A stretch of DNA of 64,000 nucleotides from Octopus vulgaris (taxonomy: Eukaryota), in NCBI GenBank assembly GCA_951406725.2, contig OX597815.1, positions 201,252,001 to 201,316,000 of the forward strand, given 5' to 3'. Under the pieces are notes generated by a model. That model had not been told where the DNA came from, searched no databases, and saw only the letters and a program-made list of their open reading frames with translations. The position numbers and the translations under genes are program-made. This document shows, piece by piece, positions 14,789 through 34,219 of the stretch (position 1 is its first letter; each line of letters begins with the position of its first letter).

Positions 14789-14987
14789 TCTCAAATTTTG
14801 GAACAACGCCAGCGTTGAAGTTGATTGCATCTACCACTGTGCTCAACTGGTACTTATTTTATCGATCCCGAAAGTATGAAAGGCAAAGTCGATCCCGGCA
14901 GAATCTGAACTAAGAACGTAATGATGAACTAAATTTTGCTAAGTATTTCGCCCAGCTTGCTAAATATTCTGCCATCTCGCCACCTTG
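14789..14987 (-). mobile_element. SINE family B with 17-bp target-site duplication
   Basis: Reverse complement of family B (ggcgagatggcagaat...gactttgcctttcat...gataaaataagtaccagttgagcac), flanked by gaaatgggaaatattga (14772-14788) and gaaatggaaaatattga (14988-15004). Confidence 0.8.
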
Positions 14988-16327
14988 GAAATGGAAAATA
15001 TTGACTATCATCATAATTTGCATGTTTGTTTACATTTTATATTCAGTGCATTTGTAATTTTGATGCTTTAATATCAATCATGCAAAAAGGGGAACCACCT
15101 TATTACCTGTTAAACAATATTAATCTTTATTATACAACTTACGTACCAATAATTTTGTAATTGTTAATATTACATATGATTTTGCCCACTGAAGATATAG
15201 TTTTCATACGGATTTCGTAGTTGAAAAATGAAACCGTATATTACTTTTCTAATCTACTCTAAGTGATAGCAAAATTTAGATGGAAAACCGTTATGCAAAT
15301 ACACAAATTACATTCCTTTGTTAAATACTAGAATCAACGTGTGATTAACTTAAATCACACATATCTGTTCATAACCGTCACTGAAGAGACTTGCAGTTAT
15401 ATAACTGTTGTTTAGTATGGGTAAAAATATGAATCAGCGGCACATCCTAATTTCTGTAAAATGTTAGCGTCTGGATATATATAATTCTAGTCGGGATATG
15501 TTTCATGGGAAGAATTCTGTAGGGAGAGAGATTTGGAGGTCACTCAGAAAACATCACAAGTCATATTCGGCTATGTATATTCACATACTCAATTAGCCAT
15601 GCTACTTTCACATTGTCAAAATCCCTGCTTCGACTTTAGACAATGTGATATAGATAAACCAGTTGGTTATCCATTAATATCGGCACATAATGATACGCAT
15701 TACATTCGCTACGATAGGTCTTATAATCAAACGGCACAACCTTGGAAAAGCTTCCTTTACTAAATTAAGCTGGTTGTCTGTTATATAATGAGGCAGTTGT
15801 TTCGGTCGGTAAATCTCTTACGTGAATTGATTCACTCATCTGACTAAACTTATACCATCAATATGCCGAATATTGTGAGAAAGGAAGACCACCATACATT
15901 CGCACAATTAATATCGTGAAACAAACATCCTTCGATTAATATTTGCATGTGTCTAGGGATTAAGTGCAAATGCTTGTAGGTGTGATAATGCTTGCCTGTT
16001 ATACGTTTCATTTAACTTTGCCTAAGCGATATCCAATTATGTTTCTTGCACCGTTGGCTGATTTGCCTAATCTTCAAAACTGACTGACACGAAGCAAGCA
16101 AAATAGCTTCACTCACTAAATCCATTACCGCCAACACCAACCTAGCCACCATTTGCCAAGCAACAAATGAGTTCTTCTCTCAGACGATAGATCACACGTA
16201 AATCCTTTCCTCCATAGTTATTCTACACTAATTGGTTGGTTAACTAAAACACTCTGATAATAAACAACACGTTTCTGTTGTAACGCAATATAACTAGCTA
16301 ATATGTATAAACTTAAAATGTGTCGGA

Positions 16328-17613
16328 CGAGGTGTGTTCATTAAAGATTTACTCTGAGCTACTTCCCAAGGACTGGGATAAACGAAGCTCAGTATAATTT
16401 TTAGGACATTCTACGTATAGCTACCACCAATGGTGAAACACTTCTCCCATTGCTATATACAGCTGCGAAGGGTTCGTTTGTAGAAGTCGGTAGGTTACGT
16501 CCGGAGCCAAGATTTTACCTCGGAAATAAGTTCATCATCATCCGAAAACGAAAAAGTACCTTCGCTTCAAAAGAGACTTCATGGGTGGAAAGATGTGGAA
16601 GTCAGATGATGCGAGTTCAGGGGAGTAAGGGGGATGAGGAAGGATTTCATAGCCACAAGGAGTGTGCTTTCATCTGGGCAATGTGCGCATTGTGAACTGG
16701 GGCATAATATTGGAGCAAGCGGATTAATTTGGTCAGCATGGCACGCTTCTCTGCTTTGATGGCGCCCCGCAATTTCTGCTGCAGAGAAGCATAATATTCT
16801 CCGTTAATTGTGGTGCCCATTGCCAGAAAATCCATCAACACTGCTCCGCACTGATTCCAAAAGACTGTCAGCATCACCTTGTCTACTGAGGGTTAAACAC
16901 TAGCTTTCTTAGGAGGTGGCGAATTATCAATCTTCCTTGGTATCGACTGGTTTTTATTCTATCATAGTGATGTATCTATGTTTCATCAAGAGTGATAAGT
17001 CCGCCAAACAGTCCGCCTCATTTTTATGCCAATTTACCAAAACATCTTAGGGGTAATTGACTTGTTCCTGCATCTGAAAAGGTGTAAGTACCCGGGATAT
17101 TCATCGTGCAGACAACCGCCGCATTTGAAAATGGTCGTGAATGAATTTTTTTCCGCATACCCTACACTTATCTTCGCTGCTTGGGCAAGTTGCCGAATAG
17201 GTATGCGATGATCCTCCAGCATGACGTCTTCCTATTTATGGACGGTGTCGTCATCAATGGCGGAATGTGGACGTCTAGGAATAGGAGCATTTTTCAACGA
17301 TTTGAACTAGCGATACCAGTGCCTGACTACGTCGTATGATGTTGCATCATCACTATATATGTCATTCATCTCATCGAAAGACTCTTTTGGTGTATGACTT
17401 TCAAGTATAAGTACTTGATCATTGATTGCATTCCAGTGCCTCCACTATAACACCTTAGTCCACTTCAGCATCCGTAAAGGAGAAACGAATACTAGTGGAA
17501 AGCTGCAATTTACAAAGTTACGTGTAGAAACATGTGTAATTATACCTCTACAAGTTCGATTTTCTGCAATAACTGGAAGTGGGTCAGAAGAAATATTTAA
17601 TGAACACCTCTCG
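16328..17613 (-). mobile_element. Full-length decayed mariner-like transposon (about 1.29 kb) with TIRs
   Basis: TIRs cgaggtgtgttcattaaagattt and aaatatttaatgaacacctctcg followed by TA; transposase remnants MLEDHRIPIRQLAQ (HTH) and MLTVFWNQCGAVLMDFL..GTTINGEYY...APVH; many stops and frameshifts. Confidence 0.92.
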
Positions 17614-19408
17614 TAAATGATATCAAAACCTCAAGTAACATATATTTTCGATTTTATTTTAAGTTGGATGCTTTACTATTTCTCATTGAGAATGTAGTCT
17701 GCAACAGTTATGTTAACCTTTTGAGCAAAGAAAAGTTTTTGAAATTAAAGGCCTTTCATGATAGGGGAACACCTAGGCTGGTTGGTGAGAGTTGTTGGTA
17801 ATATGAATCTATTGGAATGAGTGCTTGTTTTCCTCTATGTATGCTTAGATATTGTTGTTGATATACCTATGGCGATCACAATCATATAAGAGCATCTTTT
17901 GATTTTTGGTACTGTTACGTAATTTTCAAATATCCTGTAGAACCAATGTCAACGTTTTGTATAGAGAAGCGCAATAAACCCGAGAATGGACGATACGAGC
18001 TTAATATAAAAAATCTGTCAGAATTGAAAGAACGCCTATTCGGAAATAAACTCGTGTTATAGAATTAACTGATCTTTCGAACGTTAACTTTACTTATTAT
18101 AAGCGTGCCATTAAAATTAACGGCGGACATTTTTCGTAAATATATTTGCATTAAGTTGGTTAAAAATTCTCAGATTTTTATAGCAAAAAATGGTACTCCG
18201 TTTTGTGCTGGAAAAACAATTAATTTTTTTTTTAAAGGAAGAAGATAAATAACATAAAAATACTAACTTTTAAGTAATGCATTATTTAGTGCATTTTTAT
18301 CCTGGTGGAGAACACGCATATTTCAACAGTCTGATACAATACGAAATTTTTTTATCATTTGATGAATCATATTGGAATGATGTGAAACCATTGCTTTGTA
18401 TATTGAAATATTGATCGACGTATACGAATATGTAATGTTTCTAAGATACCATGAAATCTTTTAAGATTGATTAGTCCCGACAAAATTGTATAGTGGTTCT
18501 GTGTTACATTTTTATAGTAGACAAGGATAATTCAAATGGTACAGGTTGAATTAATTATAGTGAAACATTTACCTCAAATGTAAAAAGTACGGGCGTGACT
18601 CCCACCAAAGAAACCAAGCCAAATTTTTTTTAATGTAAAGAGCAGAAAATACGTATTAAATGCAAATGTTTGAAAGACAAGATAGTCTTCAGACATACAC
18701 ACATCAACACACACGCATGCGCATATCTGTACAAATATATAGCCACACTACTCATACTGTGTGTCATATTGTCACTGTATTTTTAAATATCAGAACGACA
18801 TCTATGTGCACGCATGTGCATCAGTTAGAAACCTATTTACTATAACACTAATGACGCTAATATATTTTTAAAATTTATCAATTATGGCTTGTAAGTTGTC
18901 TTTAATTCGGAAATAATCAAGCATTTCTTCCATGTTTAAAAGGAAATTTCATCACATAAATTACAGCTAGAGAGTTTAGTAATTTTTTCTTGAAAATATT
19001 ATGTGTATTCCATTTAATTATACGCTTCATCTATTCATTAAGCCTAAGGAAGTTTCAGTATTTGTTTTCTTTATGGATGAAAATCAATTGAATGTTATAA
19101 TTATGATAGACATTCTACAAAGAAGCGTTGTTTTAGTGTTGTGTTTATTTAATATATTTTATGTTGCAAGAGCTAAAAATACAACATCGCTTACATGTCA
19201 CTATAACCGTAAGTTCACATTAGATGAATATGTGTGTGTGTGTGTGCGCGACGGCACACGCGCGTAAGTGTGCGTGTATGATGCATATGTGTGTACGTGT
19301 TTTGTATGTATGTATATATATATATGTATGAACATTATATTTAAGTATTTTGACATATATATATATATATAGATAGATATATACGTATGTATATACATAT
19401 ATACATAC

Positions 19409-19447
<39 letters not shown>

Positions 19448-19556
19448 AGAATATTCTTCAATTACGTGTTTGGGTTTTATATATAATAACACAAACACCT
19501 CTACTCATTATCTCTCCCTTTCTGTATATAAGTTCACACACGCACATACATCTCAC

Positions 19557-19591
<35 letters not shown>

Positions 19592-19660
19592 TATTCACTT
19601 ACTAGTTAAAATATTTGAGCTACGTCTAATGCAGGACACGGCCGCTCATATATATATATA

Positions 19661-20171
19661 ATGATAAATCTCAGAGCGAGTTATAAGCAGTAGCAGCAAT
19701 ACATCGTTACGTATATTTGCCATTTGAATATGGCTAACCCCTAAGGGTGGATGCTACTGTGGTTTGTAGCCCCAGGAGGACACCTTCTCCAGTTGGCTAT
19801 AGACACACTTTCTGTGCCTTATCAGTATTTGCAAAGGGAAGCCATCCTTCCCGTCTTCTTATGATACACACGGACTCGAGTTTCAGGGTATTGACCCGTC
19901 ATAGGCGTGTGACAATCACAGTTGTCGATGAGAAGTAGGCTCCCTTCACAAATACATATACTTTTTCCAGTATCGATTGACACTGATATTGTAAAAGTGA
20001 AATCAAACAATGATCAATCTCAGAGCGAGTTATAAACAGTAGTAGCAACACATCGTGACGTATATTTGCCATTTGAATATGGCTAACCCCTAATGGTGGA
20101 TGCTACAGTAGTTTGTAGCCCCAGGAGGACACCTCCTCCAGCTGGCTATAGACACACTTTCTGTGTCCTAT
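19661..20171. repeat. Two 162-bp direct repeats (19661-19822 and 20010-20171) separated by 187 bp
   Basis: atgat.aatctcagagcgagttataa...ggctatagacacactttctgtg occurs twice, roughly 90% identical by eye, period 349 bp. Confidence 0.92.
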
Positions 20172-21227
20172 GCCAATTGCAGCGACATCTAGCTGTTGAA
20201 CTCGTTGTGACGATGTGACTTTGTTAAGTATCGAGGCATACTAACGACGTATTATGAGATTGCGCCAGTGAAGTGCAACTCTATAATTCTGTTTACAGAA
20301 AATCAATCACTGCAAATGTAAATATAGTTCTAATTTTCTCTTTTAGTATCAATGCACATAGCGCACTGAGGAAGATCAAATAGCCATTCAAAGATATTTA
20401 TTGTACGAGTGCAGTTAACAATTTAAAATTTCCATGTTAAAGACGTTCAGCTTTCATGTTGACAGTAAACTTGTTAGATATTAAAGAGAGCAACTGATTA
20501 GATTGCTGCATTGTAGTAATAGGAATGTTATAAATTTGCTTCTCAGATGCTCTTACAGTGAAACATATTGAGAAGCTATTGGATTCATAGTCACCTCATT
20601 TACAGGTATGTGTTACAATTACCATTTTACATCCTCTGTAAATCGATATATCTTCATAAGTAGTGTAACTATTCTTAAATCATATATGCAGACGTTATAT
20701 GTTAAGTTAAATGTTAAACTTTCAAAACAGGAAACAAAACATACTGTCAAGCTCGTGTAAAAGAGAGAGAGAGAGAAAATAATAACGACACAATACAGCT
20801 GTTACAATGCATAGGTAGTGTTGTGTTAAATATTCTATCCTGTCACCATATGTAGCTTCTATGAAAATCCATTTTCGAAATACACCTTGTACACAGAATT
20901 TTAGAGTACCTTTCCCATATAATATCATTCATTCTTTTTGTAAGGTTTGCTGATAAAGGAATTGCTTCAAATAATTCGCTTAAAAACAGCATAGCGAAAA
21001 CAAATTAAAAATGTTAATATAAGAGAAAGCGAAAACAGTGCGAATGAAAAATTATGTATTTTACACTGGTGATACTGAAAAATGTATGTATGTTTCCTAT
21101 ACTAATTTGTTCAACTGAACTGTAAAATTACTATTATACCAAGGGTTTTATGTGTACACATGTAAGAGCGGATGGCATATCTATCTGCTACTATAATCTT
21201 GTGGTTGTTTGCTTGCTTGCTTGCTTG

Positions 21228-21550
21228 CTTGCTTGCGTGTTTGTCTGAAATTTAATACAGCCCAACTGGCGTATAATGGGAAAATACTCTGAAAGTAAAG
21301 CACCCCTGTAACGTGAATTGAAACAGAATAAAACAAGCTTTGCGGATATCGGACCACAGATTCTCGAGATACGCGGGGTTTTAGGTTTGTTTCCACAAAT
21401 TTAAGCTGTGTAACCTAGAGTAATTGTCCGTTAATGCGAACACCAGGATAGTTTTGTTTTCGTCCTTGCTTGCGTGCATAATTGTCTGTATTTTAATAAT
21501 CCAAACCGGCGCATAATGGGAAGATACCCTTAAATTAAGGTGACCCTGAA
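21228..21550. repeat. Diverged direct repeat pair of about 85 bp (21228-21311 and 21465-21550)
   Basis: cttgcttgcgtg..ttgtctg..tttaata..ggcg.ataatgggaa.atac..ccctg.aa is present in both. Confidence 0.6.
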
Positions 21551-21599
21551 ATGGAAATACAAAAGGATATATAATAATAATAAAAATAATAATAATTTA

Positions 21600-22480
21600 T
21601 TTAGTAGTTTACATGGGAGGCTGATGGAACAACTTCAGGATTTCCTCAATGGAGAAATAATACCCGATTGTATAACTAGAAGGAGGACATTACACATTAT
21701 GAAAGAGCAAGGATAATACAGGTAGCAACTATAGTCCAATCACTTGCATACCATTAGTGTGGAAGCTGTTAACAGGAATGCTTTCAGAAAGCATTTACGA
21801 GCACCTTGACAACCAGAAGAACAGAAATGTTGCAGGAAAAAGGCAAGAAGAACACATGATCTATTATATATATATAGACAAAGCAATTCTAAATGAAGTA
21901 AAAGCTAGAAAGAAAAATCTAACAATGGCATGGATAGATTATAGGAAAGCCTATAACATAATCCCGCACTCATAAATAAGTGAATGTTTGAGTATTTTCA
22001 GTATAGTAGAGAACATAAGAGAATATATTATCTTTAGCTTGGAGTAATGGAAAGTAGATCTCTACTCAGGTGACTCACTCTTAGGGAAAGTTAGTATCAA
22101 GAGAGTAATTGTCTAGGGGTGCTCGTTGTCCCCTTTAATATTTGTTTTATGTTTGATCCCCCTCAGTTTAGTATTAAGGAAGGCAAACACAGGTTATCAG
22201 TTCAGAAATACTAATGAAAAGTTATCCATTGCCTCTATATTAATGACCTGAAACTTTTTAGCAAGAATGCAAAAGATATAGATTCATCAATGCAGACTGT
22301 AGGATTTTTCAGTAAAAGATATGGGCATGGGATTCATCATACATAAGTGTTAAATATTAGTCATGAGAAGGTAATCGAAAGCGAAGGCAACCAATTACCA
22401 GATGGCTAGACATTAAAATCACTGAAAGAAGGACAGTGTTATAAGCAGGAGTGTTAGAAAATGAACAGACGATAAAGAAG
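21600..22480 (+). mobile_element. Old R4/Dong-clade retrotransposon RT fragment (different family from the 26-31 kb copies)
   Basis: SNYSPITCIPLVWKLLTGMLSESIYEHL...IDKAILNEVKARKKNLTMAWIDYRKAYNIIPHS parallels NYRPITCL...INKAI...LSMAWIDYKKAFDSIPH; many stops; preceded by (TAA)n at 21571-21596. Confidence 0.85.
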
Positions 22481-22779
22481 TTATCGTCTGCTGAATACTT
22501 AGAATCAAATTACCTTTCTTTTCACGAAGATGATGTTTCAAGTCAACATTGAAAGTGAACTCCCTTATTAACTTCGTTTTTATCATTTACAAGATTTTAA
22601 TCACTCATTCATAGCAAAGTTAGAACGACAGATTTCAAAAGTTTAAATTGCTATCACTTAGTATCTTATCCGTTTTCATGTTTTAATTTTCCGTAACGTT
22701 CTGTTCTGAAAAATCATCTAAATTTTAAACTGAAGGTGAGGTCCCTTACTGAATTTATCAAAAAATATTCACTCATTTA

Positions 22780-24645
22780 ATAAAGTCATTGGTGATGGAA
22801 ACTGTATGTTAAGAGTTGTATCACTCTTGCCCAAGCACAGTAGGAATTAATGAACTCTTCGAGAAGAGCCCGTACAATACATATGCAATAATTGGGGGTA
22901 TTCTCATTCTTTTATTCCTAAAAGTATAAGGCAGAAATATCAAGCATACATGAGGAGAGATGGAACATAGGGCGGTAATGTTGAATTAGCTGCTATTAGT
23001 GATTTGTGCAATGTTGCAATTCAGGTTCGTCACAAAAATGATGATGAAATTATTCTTCCTCTGTTCACCGTTTGCGGTCGAACAGGTACAGGAGGGAAGA
23101 TTTCAGTGTTATATAGTGGTGAAATTGACAACGGCCACTACGATGCTCTCTTTCTCATAAACAGTTATGAGCTTGAGTGAAATGTAGAAGGAAATGAAAT
23201 ATCACAAGACAGTAAAAAAAGAAACAAGAAAAAGAAACAAGAAAATTGTAGAAGAAAGTAAAATACGTCAGAAAGTTGGGTTGCAAAAAATTAAGGAATA
23301 TGAGTAGACGACAATAGAATGAGAAGGGGATAAAGATAAGGAAATAAGATTGCTGAGAATAAAGGGAAATTATAGAAATGAAAAGTACATGAAAATAAAA
23401 AATCAAATAAATACGATTGCAAAAATGGAGAGAGAAAGGTAGAATAAAAAGAAAACAAGACATTGAAAACAACCTGAATATACGTATAAAAAGAAGAAAA
23501 CTTACTCGAGAAAATCAGCAGAAAAGTATGGACAATTTCAATGCCAAGGCGTAGCATTTAATGATGATCATAATCGTAATTATGCATCTGAAAAAAATTC
23601 TATCTCTGGATTCTGTGTGCAAAACATGTAAAAAAATGTGGTATTAGAAAGCGGGACAAAGAATCATTAGATATTTGTTGTTGTAAAAGTGAAGTCCATT
23701 TACCAATAATTGAGCCTCCAGAACTTATAGAACATATTCTTTTGGTACCACGTCAGAATCTAAATACTTTCTTAAAAAATGTTCGAGCATACAATTGTGC
23801 TTTTCAAATGACATCATTTGGGACAAAACCTATAAGGGAAAGTGGGTTTATCCCGACTTTTAAAGTGCAAAGAAAAATTTATCACAGAATTTGCTCTCTT
23901 AACCATTTACAGAATAAAGATCTACAGTTTTTACAAATGTATTTTATAAGTGACGTTCAAAGTGAAGCACAGTTTTGCTACAAGAATTATCCAGGTACAA
24001 GACTAGAACTTATTTTTAAGCTGCGAGGAATACTTCACAAAAAGCTTCCGGTATACTTTAGAATTTACTTCACCTTCGGACTTCCAAGTTGTCATTGATG
24101 CCGACAAAAAACCAGTCGGCGAACATGTCTGTCGATTCAATGTTCGTGAGTGTAATCAAGTGGTTATTATTATGGTTGGAGAACAACATGGTAAACGAGA
24201 TATTGTTTCGAAGTATCATGATAATATCATCACATCCGTAAATGAAACACCTCGTTCATATGATGCGTTATAATATCCCTTGCTTTTTGTTAACTGAGAA
24301 GATGGATACCACTTTGGAATACCACAAGTTGGAGGATGCACTTTCATAAAACCTGTATCTTGGACGGACTATTATGGTCATCGGTAGATGATTCGCAGTA
24401 ATTCGTTTAATCATCTACAATATTGCCAAATTCTTTTTCAGCAGTATGTTCTGCCAAAATACAGTTGGATAGGTTATGCTACATAAAAAGATCTACGTTC
24501 AGAATCGTACGTGCACCTACGAGATAGCATTAACAACGATATTGCTGGGACAGGGCTCGAACAGCTTTATGTTCTCCCATCCAGTTTTACAAGAAGCCCA
24601 AGATATATGCACATGAGAAGACAGGATGCTATGACTTACGCATAC
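22780..24645 (+). mobile_element. Decayed Helitron: OTU protease domain plus N-terminal Rep/helicase region
   Basis: OTU motifs KVIGDGNCMLR, GGNVELAAISDL and YSGEIDNGHYDAL (22780-23150); Helitron motifs FLKNVRAYNCAFQMTSFG, PTFKVQ..IYHRI, GEH..RFN, SYDAL*YPLLF...EDGY and LPSSFTRSPRYM....QDAMTY. Termini not identified. Confidence 0.88.
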
Positions 24646-25198
24646 TGTCATTGAACCCTGCATAATCACTAAGTGAAACATACAAACTTACAACTTTCGG
24701 CCATTTTATTTTTATATAGAGAGATTAAAGACGTTTGAAAGACTCTCACGGGAAGATAGATACAATCTCTCTTATTTCCCCAATTTTCAGTACTCAAAAT
24801 GTATAAGGAGACGTATGTTTGTGACTTATTAACGTCAGGCCCTGGCGGATTGAATAAAAAGACAAGGGAATCTCATCATATGTACACAAAACTGTTTGAT
24901 TGAATAATCTTATTTTATTCCTTCTTTTTTTCTTTTCTGTTTCTTCTCTTTTAATATTTCTCTTTTTTTCTTTATTTTTTGCCACATGTAAACTTAAGAA
25001 TTATAGACTGATGATGTCATTCTATCAACGTGGGGGCTCTGGTGACCCTCATTGATATTTTGTATTTCACCTATTATAAACTTGAATTTCTCTGTATGAC
25101 TTTCATTTTGAAATAGCGAAAGACAGGTTAGTTGGCGAAATTTCGTTCAGCAAATAAAATATTTTTTGCAATAGCATCTCCCTCTTCGTATTTTCTAA

Positions 25199-31443
<6,245 letters not shown>

Positions 31444-31972
31444 GAGTGAGAGATCAGTTCATGCCATCAAAGTGACACTGGGGTAAAATATACGAAACCC
31501 AATATACCCATCATGACTACCCGTCTGATAAGTGTACACCAGGCACATGCATCACAACCATATGTGCGCGACATGGTGATCTCATATCAAGATAAACAGC
31601 ACATAACGTTGCAGGTGGGGCCCAGTTAGAATTTTCTTCAGGTTGAGTAGCCCATCCCGCTCAAAAGGTCCCTGAATAAGGGTTGTTTAAGGATGTGGAA
31701 CGAAACACCCATGTTTCCAGAGGTGAATTATTCAAACCCCAAAGAATCTCTCTCAACACATGGCTATGATGTTCTCCCACTACTTCTGCTCGTGATCAGA
31801 CATGCACATGTCATCAGCCATTAAGGGACATGCTCAACTGGTTACGGTCAAACAGCTGACAAGCAAATCTGTGGTATTGAGCAGAATATTTGCTGTAGCC
31901 CATCTTTTATACCAAGACAAAACAATATACATGATAACACTTTCAATCAATTAAGATCAGAAGCCATGAGAG
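31444..31972 (-). mobile_element. 529-bp non-coding element embedded in (TAA)n; candidate non-autonomous retroelement
   Basis: Flanked by TTA runs on both sides; both ends match the second copy at 52710-52885; no ORF. Strand is inferred from the shared fixed end and the variable opposite end. Confidence 0.75.
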
Positions 31973-31995
31973 TTATTATTTTTACTAGGTAAAAT

Positions 31996-32131
<136 letters not shown>

Positions 32132-32605
32132 TTTTATTTGCATTACATATATATTAAATTTCAATTTGTTTCTACACATAAAGATATATGAAATAATTTA
32201 TTTCGGCTATACTCTGATGGTATGCGTGTTTTGGTAATGGAAAAAAAAAACTTACTTATGCGAGTTTTTGCCAATCTTCCTTCTTGTTATTTAAATCACA
32301 TTAATTAAAGGTAGACTTTACCTCAATAGGAATTGAAATCGGAACATTAACTCTTGCATCTTTCGCGAACTATATTAATAAACGGATATATTCCAAAACA
32401 ATTTTTGGAAATTACACAGCAATGTACTTTGCAAAGATACTTTCTGTAATGGAATGCTGTTTATCTATGTGTGTAATAATCGCCAATATCGGAAATGTTA
32501 TTTCCTGAACAGTGTTAAAATGCTATATTTTTAAAGTGTAATAAGTTGTCTTCATTACATACTTAAGAGGATATATACATATAAATACATACCTATATAC
32601 GTACA

Positions 32606-32680
<75 letters not shown>

Positions 32681-32689
32681 ATATATATA

Positions 32690-32741
<52 letters not shown>

Positions 32742-32776
32742 GTATATATACATATATCCATCTGTTGCTATTTGCC

Positions 32777-32839
<63 letters not shown>

Positions 32840-33435
32840 GTGTGTGTGTGTGTGTGTGTGTATTCTAGAAATAACATCACCAGAAAGAAAACAAAAGATG
32901 TAATAGTGCTATACATTCGAAGGGAAATTATTAACACAACAGTGTCTCCAATATTGGGTAGGAATTGAAATATTTATTAATAAAAGAAATCACATTATGT
33001 TCCTTGTATAACTCTGGTTACAAACAAATGACCAACGCATATACAATATATATAAGTGTTAGCGTGTATGCTACTGTTTTTCTTGGAAATTACTTCGAAT
33101 GTCAATTTCGATCAAGAATACTTAAGTTATTCAATTTTGAAAACAATCTTGGTATCTTTTTTGAATGGAAAAACAAAAATAATACGTAGCCAAAGCGTTT
33201 TCATTAAGTAACTTTGAAAGGATATTTCGAAGTGCGAAAAATCATCATTGTATATCATCTACAGTTATTTTCATAGCATTTGTGCTTTTCACTGTGGTGC
33301 TGCTACAAATGGAGTTCTCAGGTTTTATCTTCTAGACATGTTTTGTTGATTCCCATCCACGACTGAAGTGTTATCGACTAAACATTTTTGGTATCTTTGC
33401 GTTAAATTTGTAATATAACCAGATGTTATTATGAT

Positions 33436-33645
33436 GGCAGGCTGGTAGAAACTTTAGCACGCCGGGGAAAAGTTACTAAGTGATATTTCGTCCGTCTTTA
33501 CGTTCTGCGTTCAAATTACACCGAGGTCAACTTTTCTTTTCATCTTATCGGCGCGATAAAATTAACACCAGTAGGACACTGTGGCCGATGTAATCGATTC
33601 AGCCTCTGTCTGGAAATCGTTGGCCTTGTGCTAAACTTAGAACTC
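33436..33645 (+). mobile_element. SINE family B
   Basis: ggcaggctggtagaa..ttagcacgccggg...atttcgtccgtctttacgttctgcgttcaaatt..accgaggtcaacttt...gatgtaatcga, shared with at least four other copies in the window. Confidence 0.8.
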
Positions 33646-33805
33646 AATAAAATATAATGGCCAACAGGTAAGAAACTGTCGTTAATCAGTGTCTGATGCC
33701 ACAGTTTGATTAATGAATATAAAGCATTTTCTCCTTTGCATTGAAAGCGAAACATTACATTGCTCGCCTTCTGACTTGGAGGCCACTTGCTTAATTTCGT
33801 AGAGT

Positions 33806-34219
33806 CTCTTACTCTTTTACTTGTTTCAGTCATTTGACTGCGGCCATGCTGGAGCACCGCCTTTAGTCGAGCAAATCGACCCCGTGACTTATTCTTTGTA
33901 AACCCAGTACTTATTCTATCGGTCTCTTTCTCCGAACCGCTAGGTGACGGGGACGTAAACACACCAGCATCGGTTGTCAAGCAATGCTAGGGGGACAAAC
34001 ACAGACACACAAACACACACACATACATACACACACATATATATATACATATATACGACAAGCTTCTTTCAGTTTTTGTCTACCAAATCCACTCACAAGG
34101 CATTGGTCGGCCCGGGGCTATAGCAGCAGACACTTGCCCAAGATGCCACGCAGTGGGACTGAACCCGGAACCATGTGGCTGGTAGGCAAGCTACTTACCA
34201 CACAGCCACTCCTGCGCCT
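33806..34219 (-). mobile_element. Full-length SINE family A (tRNA-like head, internal CA/TA microsatellite, AAAAGAGT-type tail)
   Basis: Minus strand reads aggcgcaggagtggctgtgtggtaag (A box) ... gggttcagtccc (B box); near-identical to 51385-51864. Confidence 0.9.

Noticed and set aside
15185-15245. CTGAAGA...hairpin...GAAACCGTA hammerhead-like string
   Set aside because: No stem I pairing and the base of stem II is unpaired; at best a decayed relic.
20547-20605. Segment bounded by ttctcag and ag|gtatgt
   Set aside because: Stops in all three frames; cannot be supported as an exon without transcripts.
31545-31610. Two 10-mers (gcatcacaac and acagcacata) shared between the non-coding element and the Dong 3' UTR
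   Set aside because: Opposite relative orientation and different spacing; too weak to claim homology.
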